DNA of 64,000 nt, from positions 466,183 to 530,182 of the forward strand of contig NMRA01000135.1 in the NCBI GenBank assembly GCA_002633005.1, written 5' to 3'. This document shows positions 13,040 to 23,934 of this stretch, in pieces. The stretch is from Phoronis australis (Eukaryota; Animalia; Phoronida). The notes beneath the pieces were generated by a model. That model ran no database searches. It saw only the letters and a list, made by a program, of their open reading frames with translations, and was not told the DNA's origin. The stretch's first letter is position 1, and every line of letters begins with the position of its first letter. A program made the position numbers and the translations under genes.

Positions 13040-14374
13040 GGACTATTGCAGTCTTCCAACCATCATAAAACACAAAGAAATATTTTCTAATTTTTATGCT
13101 ATCTTTCAATTAAATCTCCTGAAACACCACTGTTAAACTTAAAAAAACACCCTTACACACAGAACTCATCACACACAGATAAATTTAATGTCTTGCAAAA
13201 TCATGAAATTATGCCAGGTCAGGAACTTCCGGTATGCTTGCTAACAAACACAAGACAAAGCCCAAAATCTGTTCCCAGCTCAACACTGTTTAGAGAATCT
13301 TGTCAAAGTGAAAGTGGAGGTCAGGCAGTGTGGTTCGCAAAATTTATTGTTATTGACTTTCACTGACATTTGTGCAGCTGGGTAACTGAGAGAACAAAAG
13401 GAAGATTTGACACATTGGTGAGCATCTGTTGTCAATCTAAATTCTTGAAGTCAGCAGAAAAGTTGCTGACTGAAAACTTGCTTTTGGAATTAGAGTACTG
13501 AAAATTCAAATGTAGCCTGATGTGGCCATACTGACCCTTTCTATAATATATTGTTTTCTTGTTGGTGTCACTTCCTAATGATACAAGAGGTCAACAACTA
13601 AGCAGTGATTTTTTCATGTAGCACTCTGTATAAAAAATATGAATGACTTATTAACCAAATTTTACACATTTAACTTGCCATAAACCTGACACAGTGTTGA
13701 NGACTATTGTAGTCTTCCAACCATCATAAAACACAAAGAAATATTTTCTAATTTTTATGCTATCTTTCAATTAAATCTACTAAAACACCACTGTTAAACT
13801 TAAAAAAACACCCTTACACACAGAACTCATCACACACAGATAAATTTAATGTCTTGCAAAGTCATGAAATTATGCCAGGTCAGGAACTTCAGGTATACTT
13901 GCTTACAAACACAAGACAAAGTCTAAAATCTGTTCCCAGCTCAACACTGTTTAGAGAATCATGTCAAAGTGAAAGTGGAGGTCAGGCAGTGTGGTTCTCA
14001 AAGTTTATTGTTGTTCACTTTCACTGACATTTGTGCAGCTGGGTAACTGAGAGAACAAAAGGAAGATTTGACACATTGGTGAGCATCTGTTGTCAATCTA
14101 AATTCTTGAAAAGTCAGCAGAAAAGTTGCTGACTGAAAACTTGGTTTTCTCAGATGTTTTGGAATTAGAGTACTGAAAATTCAAATGTAGCCTGATGTGG
14201 CCATACTGACCCTTTCTAAAATATATTGTTTTCTTGTTGGTGTCACCTCCTAATGATACAAGAGGTCAACAACTAAGCAGTGATTTTTTCATGTAGCACT
14301 CTGTATAAAAAATATGAATGACTTATTAACCAAATTTTACACATTTAACTTGCCATAAACCTGACACAGTGTTG
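13040..14374. repeat. ~660-bp tandem duplication around the N at 13701
   Basis: 13040-13700 is near-identical to 13702-14374. Confidence 0.9.
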
Positions 14375-14509
14375 ATTTTAATAATTACCACATTTTTATC
14401 ATGTAGTTTTTTGTTTCGGGAAGTGCATAATGTGGAAATTACAGGATTGAATCAAATAGGAAATTCTCCAATTTTCGACTAAAATGTATGTGTTCTGAAG
14501 TCTCATTTT

Positions 14510-14547
14510 CCTAACCTAACCTAACCTAACCTAACCTAACCTAACCT
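14510..14547. repeat. (CCTAA)n microsatellite, about 7 copies
   Basis: Direct reading. Confidence 0.95.
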
Positions 14548-15299
14548 GCCCTTCAAAAGTTACAATCCTGCGACTAATAGTAATCTCATTTCCTCAGTAC
14601 CATATGTGTTAGCTTTTTATTCCTGATACCTACGCTTGTAACACAATAACCTTAATTGAATTATAAAGCATATGTCTATTCAGTTTATTTTGCCACACTA
14701 ACTTGTTAAAAGAAATAGTTTATTTTGAGTGACATAAGTGAAGTACTATACACAGATCCAGACTTACTGCATAGTAATACTATGAGTTTAAGTTGCCCTC
14801 TGACTTTGCTGAAATGTTCTTTGGAATGTTTTTAAGAATTTGTGTAGTACAATAATTGATCAACTAACATTAAAATCATAACTTCAATTTGTAGTGGGCT
14901 ACAGACAGATCTACTTTGGCACAAATGCACAGCAATTCAAAACTATCCCTGCTAGACTGAACCACAACCATGGACTTTGGGGTTGTGATCACAGAAACTA
15001 TTACATAATGAGTCCCATGTGCCTCCCTTGAACTGGTCAGTGAGTGGGTGGCCAGTGTAGTGCAGTTGGTGCTCTAGCAATGACCCTAAACTATGAGACT
15101 ACAGGTGCTTTATTTTAGAATAGAATTGAAACATAACTGACAGGAATGCTGCAGTTTAATGTTGATTAATTCTTTAAAAACCTATACTGGACTTGAATGA
15201 AAATATAGATGAATTGTAAAAGATATCTTAATTGAAAGCTGCGAATTATAGACTGCAGAATTAATATTTTTTGTTCTCGGTTACATGCACTTTCACAGC

Positions 15300-15390
15300 A
15301 TTTATTTTATTTTATTTATTTATTTGTTGTATTTTTTAAAATGCGGGTAGCCTCTTCAGAGGCAACGCTGCTTTCCAAGAGGGCCCTCAA
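15300..15390 (-). mobile_element. 3' end of a non-LTR retroelement/SINE (stem-loop plus (AAAT)n tail)
   Basis: Reverse complement of 32117-32198. Confidence 0.6.
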
Positions 15391-16867
15391 CAACAAAATA
15401 TAAAACAGTAATGTAACAATAAAATAGTAAAACAATAATTAAATAAATATAACAAAGAAATAATTAAGACAGGTTGAGAGATTAGCTAATAAATAAATTT
15501 GCCCCCTCCGTTACCTACAAAACTATTGTGGAATTCCCCTATACCATACCAAGAGGGGATGATGCATACAGACGGGACACAGTCATCTGAGGATATCTAT
15601 CCATTGTTATTCAACCAATCAAGGAATTACCTTTGTTCATGAAACTCGATAGCTTCATGAATTTGATATCTTATTTTTGGTAAGTTGTTGGATAACCATT
15701 CAACAAACGGAAAACAGTTCCTTGCTCTTTACAGTAATTACTTCGAAGTTTTTGTTATAATTTGATTGGTGTAATGTCCTTTTGAAACACTGAGAGCATT
15801 TTGAAGGACAACTGATTTTTATTCGAAGTTTGCAAAACACTGCCAGTATTCCAGATATGAAGTGGTAAGATACTTGAAAGTTACATCCAAGACATTTTTA
15901 ATAAATTGTGAACATATTTTATTTAAAATATTATTGTCTTAATTTAACACAGCTGCTATTAAATTGTCTCAATAACAAAACTTTTTTCCAACTATGGCAC
16001 AATTTGCTTATTGGCCCTCATTTTTACATAAAAGCTGATGCTTTACCAGTGAGATAGAGGGAAATATAAAAGTAAAACTGAGAGTCAAAGAAATCCTTAC
16101 CAGAAATGAAAAATTTTTCTTTCCCGATGACTTACGGCAAGAATTCTGCAAAAACTTTCAATTTCGTGGTAGGTATCTATGACAAATTACTTTGATAAAA
16201 CCTAACTTCAGTGTAGCAAGCTATGTGATGGAATGAAGGCAAAAATTCTGATTGCCAATGTGAGCTCAAATCCAGAGTGTTTCTAGCTTCAGTTTGACTT
16301 TGTTTATGTGGTTTACACCACAGTGTGAGACACTGCCAGTATAATCTTTGTTTACATCAGTCCTCAGTCTATTAACAATGCATTTACAGTACTCAGTTAC
16401 AATGACCTTGGTATTGGTGCTAAAATTAGAATGTTCCCATTTCTAAATACTGACTAGTGGTATCCTATCTAACTGATTGGTTTTGTATTGTCAGCATTTA
16501 AGACACAGATTTGAACTACTTTGATATACTGTGAGTGTTCCAGGCAAGGTGGCTAGGTGGTATTCTGTTCATAAGGTTATGAAGCTATCTAGGACAAGTT
16601 TACATGATAGGATGTAATCTGGATACTATACAGGAATAATAAATACGGTAATCTGTTAAGGTTACAATGTTCATATATCAACATACCTTGATGTTTGACA
16701 TATGATTTCGTAAGTCTTTTTTCAATCCACCTTGATAGTTTAATTGAAATACTATGATGTCTGTTCAAAACCTTAAAACAGTGCTAATCAAAGGGAACTG
16801 CTTGTTTTTACTATTAAGTATTTTTTTCTGAGTAGTTGAAGATACCGATTGCACACAAACTCATCAG

Positions 16868-17408
16868 AAGCGTGTTCAATAGAGTGAGCGCCCGTGAGCG
16901 ATTTGAGCGCCCTCGTCCTGAACAGCTGTGTTCACGTTAGCGCTCGCGAGCGCTCGCGAACAACCTCGAGAGCATGTTCGCTTAGATTTCCAAGATGTCG
17001 TCCTGCGAAGGCTTCACGTCTGGAACATATGAACCCATTATGGTTCTGCAACACGAAAACTAACCTCAAAAGTTGACTGACTCATCCGAAACTGCGACTT
17101 AAATTACGGGTCGCTGTAGCGAGGAACAGTTTCCTCGACGTAATTTTCGATTCTTGTCGGCCTGAAGCCTTCACGGTTGTTGTATTGGGCTGCCGATATT
17201 AATAATTATTGGCAAAGATTAATCATGTTTATCGCTCAGTACGCATAGGAAGGACTGTTAGTGTTAAGCTCATCGGCTAAGACGTTCAACACAATCTGCT
17301 TCAGAGTCGCCATACTGGATCGCACAGTGAGCGCTCACAGCTGTTCAGGAGCTGTTCCTTGTGTTTGCGAGTACAGGCTAGCGGGCGCTCACTCTGTTGA
17401 ACACGCTT
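16868..17408. mobile_element. PIF/Harbinger-like MITE with ~30-bp TIR and CAG TSD
   Basis: cag|aagcgtgttcaatagagtgagcgcccg ... cgggcgctcactctgttgaacacgctt|cag; CpG-rich, so probably young. Confidence 0.85.
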
Positions 17409-17644
17409 CAGGTCCACTCTCTTGGTCACCAGACAATGTTCTACCAATGAGCTAAGGTATATTTAGGTCATTGGTTCTTCCATGTATACATCTAAGCTAA
17501 GGTAGTCTCATTTATGTTCAAAAACTCATAGTTGGCTTTAAAGGTGTGATTAAAGTTAGTGCTTTCTGTCAAAAAGTCAACTGTTGATTTTGACTATGGT
17601 ACTTACTGTTATAAAATCTGTATGAACTGTCTAATGCTCTGGGA

Positions 17645-17807
17645 GTTCATTATTGCTTTAGAATTAGCTCATTTGCTCATTCTTGGAAGCTAGTATCAGA
17701 CTCCGAGACAATATGGCCATTAGATNGTTCGTTATTGCTTTAGAATTAGCTCATTTGCTCATTCTTGGAAGCTAGTATCAGACTCCGAGACAATATGGCC
17801 ATTTGAT
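17645..17807. repeat. ~80-bp tandem duplication around the N at 17726
   Basis: Near-identical copies on either side of the N. Confidence 0.9.
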
Positions 17808-18330
17808 ATTCAGGTGTTTCATTTGTGACCCTTCCTCTCGGTCTTATCACACTGCGTTTTCACTCAGCATAATTAAGTTATTATAACTTCATGTTGCCGT
17901 TAATTCATCTACCTGCAGTTTGTGAGGAAAACAAAAAATGAGGTTGCAGTGTGTCTAATACCTTTCTGAGATTGAGTCCACTCAGTATGCACCATGTCAT
18001 CAAATATTTGCTAAAAGGCACTCATTCATACAAATATGGGTTCACCTAAACTAGACGTGAAGATAATCAATTATGCAGTTGAAAAACGAATCTGTCGAGG
18101 ACTGAGTAATGCTGAAAGTAAGTTGGTTGAATAAGCATTGAACAAATAATCCTCCTTTTGACTAACTTACACTCAAATCCATTTTGGCTGTGCTCAAACA
18201 TTGCTAAATATCAAGTTCCTAAACTGCACGCTTGGGTACACCTAAAATGAATTTTGCAGTTTGGAATTTTATAAGATTGAGTACAGTCAAATTGATTTGA
18301 AGTATACATAGACCATTTAAACACAAACAC

Positions 18331-20040
18331 AAGAGCAACGCGGAGCGTTGAAATGTGCCCACGAATGCACCGCAAATGGGCTTCTAGGGGTGTTTACTTG
18401 GAACATAAAAATGGCTGCTAGATGGTGCAAATACGTTGAATCCATCCAAAAACTGGTACTTGTCATCAAAGCTAATTACCAAATTTCATAAAATTCCGTC
18501 AAGGAACTTCTGAGAAACCAAGGAAAACAAAAAATGAAATTGCAGCTTGGAGGCTATGGGCGCAAAAAACCTAACTGCCACTAAGAGGCACCACAGTAGA
18601 TGAAGTCGTCGGAAAATCATCATCAGACTTCCTCTTTACAATAGGAACACACACGCCAGTTTCCACAACCATCCTTAAGAGTGGTTTGGTTGACAGAGGG
18701 GGAGACGCCAATTAACAAGACTCGAAAATAGTAAAAATGGCCACTGGCTAGGTGGTGCAAAATACCATGAATCAAACCGAAAACCAAACGATAGCATCAA
18801 CTCACTGATAGATGCCTATCGGCCAAACTTTATGAAAATCCCTAGAGGCACTTTGAAGATACAGAGGTAAAATAAAAAAATTAAAATTGCCACTAGGGGA
18901 CACACTGGTAGTCTGATCCATCCGAAAGTCGTTATTGTTTGTTGCCAAGTTCATATAAATATACTTGCTCAATTTAATGGAGATCATGCAGAGGGTTTAG
19001 GAGATACAGCCATTGGCGTAAAAAAATGTCAGGAGGCACCACAATTGTTGAGGTCATCGGAAAATCATCGTCAGCCCTTCTCTTGATATGAGGAACAAAC
19101 ATGCCAATTTCCACGATCATCCTTAGAGTTGTTTGGTTGACAGAGAGGCAGATGCCAAAAACAGACTCGAAAAAAGTAAAAATGGCCACTAAGTGGCGCT
19201 AAATGCCTCGAATTCAAACAAAAACCGGATCATAGCCTCATCTCACTAATACATGCCTATCTGCTAAATTTTATGAAAATGCTCTCCATGATGACTTTGA
19301 AGATATAAATGCACGTGCTAAATTTAATAAAGATCCTGCAGAGGGCTTAGAAGATACAGGTATAGGTCCAAAAAAACAAAACTGCCACTAGGAGGCACCA
19401 CAGTAGTCCCAGTCGTCAGAAAATCATCGGCAACCGTCCCCTTCATAGAAAGAACATACATGCCAACTATCACAATCATCTTTAGTGGTTTGGTTGACAG
19501 AGAGACGAACATCACAAAACAAACTCAAAAACAAAAAATGGCAACTACATGGCGCAAAAAAAAAATTGAATCAATCCGAATATGAATGACTAGCGTCATC
19601 TCACTAATGGATGTCTATGGGCCAAATTTTATGGAAATCCGATGAGTACCTTTGAAGATACAGCGATAAACGTAAAAAAAACTAAAATTGCCACTTGGGG
19701 GCACACCGGTATTTGGGTCGGTCCGAAACTCGTCACTCTCTGTCGTAGACCCCATAGGAACACACGTGCCAATTTTCAATACGATCTTGAAAGGGGTTTA
19801 TGAGATACAGCCGCCAACACCCAGATGCCCATATAAATATGTGGGCGCATAAAAATTGCCACTAGGGGGCATACCGGTAATCGAAGAGTTCCGAAATTCG
19901 AAGTCATCTTCATAGGAATACATCTGCCAAATTTCATCAACATCCTGTGAGGGGTTTGGGAGACACAGCTGCGGACGCCGGACGCCAAAACAGAGATGAC
20001 GGCAATATGCGACCACATATAAATAAATATGTGGCCGCAC
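18331..20040 (-). mobile_element. HINE-like element of the same family, with a second nested head near 19826-19857
   Basis: Reverse-complement end aagagcaacgcggagcgttgaaatgtgcccac at 18331; heads near 19850 and 20030; about 10 monomers. Confidence 0.7.
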
Positions 20041-20520
20041 AAGTTGACGACCACGGTCAAAATGATCAGGGTACGTGTAACCCGACCAGCTGACATAAAA
20101 ACAAAACACAATTTGACGAGCACAGTCAAAATGATTTGGGGTGTACCCAGAGCTCCCACAGCTGAATCCTTAAACACAATTTTATGAGTACACCCAAAAT
20201 GATTTGGGGTGTACTCATAGCCAGAGAGCTGCTAATACACAGACAAAATTTTATGAGTACACCCAAAATGATTTGGGGTGTACTCAGAGCCTGAGTGCTG
20301 AATACACAAACACAATTTTGAGTACACCCAAAATGGTTTGGGGTGTACCTAAGCCAGATTAGATGAAGTCAAGTCATGCAAGGCCATTCAGGTATACCCT
20401 AAACTTGACATATCTGTGAGCTTTTTCACAAGGCTACCTGAAACCCTCTACAATTTATTTTTCTTATTAATTGTTCATTTCCATGATAAAAGTTCATTTG
20501 AAATAATAACATGTTTTCAG
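20040..20520 (-). repeat. Inverted copy of the 9060-9592 minisatellite-bearing element
   Basis: 20341-20510 is the reverse complement of about 9075-9250; degenerate units also occur at 18230-18330. Confidence 0.85.
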
Positions 20521-20737
20521 TTAGTTGTGAGGACAGCTGAATGTTCTGCAGGTCGCAGTATGTTGGAGAAAGGCAACACTGGTTTCTGTTCAAAGTGGTG
20601 TCTTCAGATATATGTTTGCCTAGTTTGGTCAAGTGAAAATATGTCTGAATAAGCGAGCTTTGTGAACTTAAGTTTAACTTCCGTATGTTTCTTTGTATTT
20701 ACTTCGGTATACATTCCCACATTTTTGGAGATATTTA

Positions 20738-21111
20738 CGGTTACGTAGGACCTCTTCAACAAGTCTGTGTTCATTCCGCCAAATATCTACAAAGGTAGTG
20801 TAGTATACATTTTCAGAAAGTGAAAAGCCTGTAGAACTTGAGGTTTGACTTCCTACCAACCTGCCTTTGACTGAGTCATGTGACTGAGTCATTTGACTGA
20901 GTCATGTGACTGAGTCATGTGACTGAGTCATGTGACTCATTTTTAGCAAAAAATAATGGTACAATAGCAAGTGCGTCGTTTTAAAAACAATTCTTAAATG
21001 CATTTTGGAGAACAGTGCATAAAGGTATATCTTATCTGATTATCAATTTATGAAATATGAGGTTCCAAATTTAGCCACATCAGGACATTTTTCTAGGGTC
21101 CTATGTAGCCT
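20738..21111. mobile_element. Kolobok-like MITE with degenerate TIR GGTTACGTAGGACC, carrying a 13-bp tandem repeat
   Basis: Left ttacggttacgtaggacc, right ggtcctatgtagccttta; related copy at 24358-24739. Confidence 0.55.
20868..20940. repeat. 13-bp tandem repeat (TGACTGAGTCATG) x5.5
   Basis: Direct reading. Confidence 0.95.
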
Positions 21112-21163
21112 TTAGAATATGGTATTAATAAGGAAATACTGATATCAGTTGATATCAATATAC

Positions 21164-22253
21164 AGGTTATCCCACATACATAGGAATACTACTGCCATAT
21201 CCTATCGAGAATTCAGTTCATCTGGGAATGTCCCAACGAGACCGAAGGATATCGCAGTAGTATTCCTATGAATGTGGGATAACCTATTTATCCCATATAT
21301 TTGGACTTACTTGCATCATCGGGGCACTAACTTGTTGCCATGTGATATGGTTTGTTGTCATATGACATCATATGTATGCAAAATACGGAACCAAAACTGG
21401 TTAAGCTACAAGACAGTCTGTGAAAGTGTTGAATAACCAGTCAAGTTTTGTTTTGTAATAAAATCATTGGAATTTTTAGATTGTGAAATATACAAGTTAA
21501 AGCTGCTTTGAACCATTCAATTATATCAAAAGTTTGTAGGAAACTTAGAAACAATCCATCTGGTAAATTTTAAATTAAAAATTGACATTCCCTGAACTGA
21601 GTTGTCTGCAATAGAAACATTTCCCCGTGTTGATCACGGCATTGGAAAATAACGGTGGAAATTGTGCTGATTTGCAAAACTTGAGGTAAGGACTATCGCA
21701 ATGTAGAAGTTATATGCCACGGCTGGCGACGGAGAGTTGAACGCTGTGAGCAGATGATTGCTTCAGTAAAAAACACATTCTCATTATTAGGACTTGATTT
21801 CTTGTAAAGACCTTAGATCCCAGGGTAGATGTACTGTATGCATCCATAACGAAACATTTTTGTTGGATTTGAATTAGATTTTGGCAGATTTTACTAGCCG
21901 GTGACCTTACTCAATTTGACCTATTTACATCTATGATGACCCAGATTGAAACTTCAGCGAAGCCCAAAAATAGCCCCCTGATCACCGTGCGTCGTAATTT
22001 TCATCGGTAAATCTTTTCTGGTTTTAGAGCAGTAAAACTGCTTTTTCAGGAACGATGCCTTGAATTACTGATTTAGGTAACCCAACTGAGCCCAATAAAA
22101 TTTGGCGTTGTACACACGAATTTGCTCCACCACCAGACTGCACACCTACCGTGAAATACGGCATCTACAATGATATACAGATTGACTCTACTTTCCCGTA
22201 TATCACGGTTGAATACGTCACATACACAATGGCCATCATATATGTGGGATAAT
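21164..22253. mobile_element. Crypton-like non-autonomous element with a long terminal hairpin and four TTATCCCA half-sites
   Basis: Inverted arms at 21164-21207 and 21243-21285; further half-sites at 21288 and 22241-22252; the family assignment is inference. Confidence 0.5.
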
Positions 22254-22766
22254 TTTTAATACATCCTACTATGCAGCCTTGTAATTATGTGTATGTGTGC
22301 ACATTGATTATTAAATATCATCTCCCATCCTCCTCTGAACTTTTCACACTGTGAACGGATATGACAGGTGTTACGCAGGATGTACTGTGATTCATTCTGT
22401 TACCCCTGAGGTGCCCATATTTATTTAGTATTCTTTATGAGGTTGGACATTTATTTGCATAGTGATTGACATATACAATAGTCCTCTAACCAGATGATGA
22501 AGTAGCTAAATATTAAATATTAAAATGTGGCTCATTTATTATTACAATATAATGACAGAATTTCTTCTCATCGGAAATCTGCAATAAAATTCCACACTGA
22601 ATTTTCCAGCTTGTTTTTAAGTAATTTTGTCTATTATTTTTACCTTTTTTAGGACTTTTTACCATTACTTCAATGACCCCAGGAGATTTTCCACAAAATA
22701 TGTCAATTTTAGTTAGTAAATAGAAAAACAAAGTTCATGAGGGATTCTGAAACTTTGGAATAATTA

Positions 22767-23246
22767 CACCCTGTGTCAACAAACTGTACTTTATCAAAAT
22801 AATGTAACCAAGAGCGATCCCATGTTATACAATTAATATGGACTTTCACACCTTGAAAATGTGTTAGTTTTCAGACCCCAAAAATTGGTTCTAAAACTAT
22901 CATATTGACCGAGTGTTGAAGTCAAGCAGTTATTTTAATATATGATCACATCCGCTAAATAATGGAAGGAGGTTAATATATAGGCTTTTGATCATATATC
23001 GCTCACTCATTCGGTCATTTTACCTCAAAACAAAAATTATGGGGTGATTTTCAAAAAATTTCGGTGGACAAAGGAATAATCAATTATATTTTGGGCAAGA
23101 TACCATGCTTTGCAGACACGTGACGGCCAGTTGGTTATTCAATGCTATCGCAAGCTGCTTACCGGCACACTCAGTGAACAGGTGCTAATGTACGTGAATA
23201 TGTATTGAAAGTCAATGAACAGTTTAGCCATTTGTACAACAGGGTG
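22767..23246. mobile_element. Possible MITE with CACCCTG termini
   Basis: caccctgtgtcaacaaa ... tttgtacaacagggtg; no clear TSD. Confidence 0.4.
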
Positions 23247-23838
23247 ATGGATGGTATTGCGATGCCTTGAGGGAGCCAGTCTGTGTAAGTCAAAAGAATT
23301 CAGGCAAAATGACCCTTAATTTCTTGTCATTGCAATTGGGCCTAAGCTGAGTTCATAGTCAGAGTAGTCTCCCCTGATGACTGTGAATGAAGGGGAAGTA
23401 ACAAGAAAATTAGTATGGTGGCTAAATCTTCCTGTAAGTATAATTAGTTTGGTGGGCTTGGTAGCTAAATCTTTCTGTAATTAGAATTCTGCTGCCATAA
23501 CAGTTATTACCAGTCATTTTTGCTGTCAACAGGGAAACATTATTCTGTCTAATTACTTTTGTCTTGTACTGTAGTAGTTCTCAGGAGTGAATCATGATGA
23601 GACATGCGTTACTTGGGCGCAAAAGTGGAAAATCGTATTACTGTAGCAGCAGTTAATATTATGGTTTGAATGGTGATTATGGAGAATTACCGACTCTGAA
23701 ATATTGACCACTCACATTATGCAGTCTCTGAAATCTGAAGTCAGTGGTGTTTTAATCAACTTTTGTCCTGAAGTGAAGAACTCTTAAGGAATTTTGGGAT
23801 CACTTGACAGCACTCTCTAATCTGTTGCTATTTTGCAG

Positions 23839-23934
23839 ATTTCATTTCAAAGACATTGCAGAAAGTAACAACGCTGGTGGTGAACTGAGTGAAGTGTGCA
23901 GTGTTGAACCCCTGATGAATGTCTCTTTAACACA
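23839..23934 (+). CDS. RANGRF: RANGRF internal exon (FHFKDIAESNNAGGELSEVCSVEPLMNVSLT)
   Basis: ttttgcag acceptor, gtgagt donor; Mog1 xHFxDxA motif. Confidence 0.88.

Noticed and set aside
14510-14547. (TTAGG)n arthropod-type telomere repeat as an interstitial telomere or taxonomic clue
   Set aside because: Only about 7 units, which an ordinary microsatellite explains.
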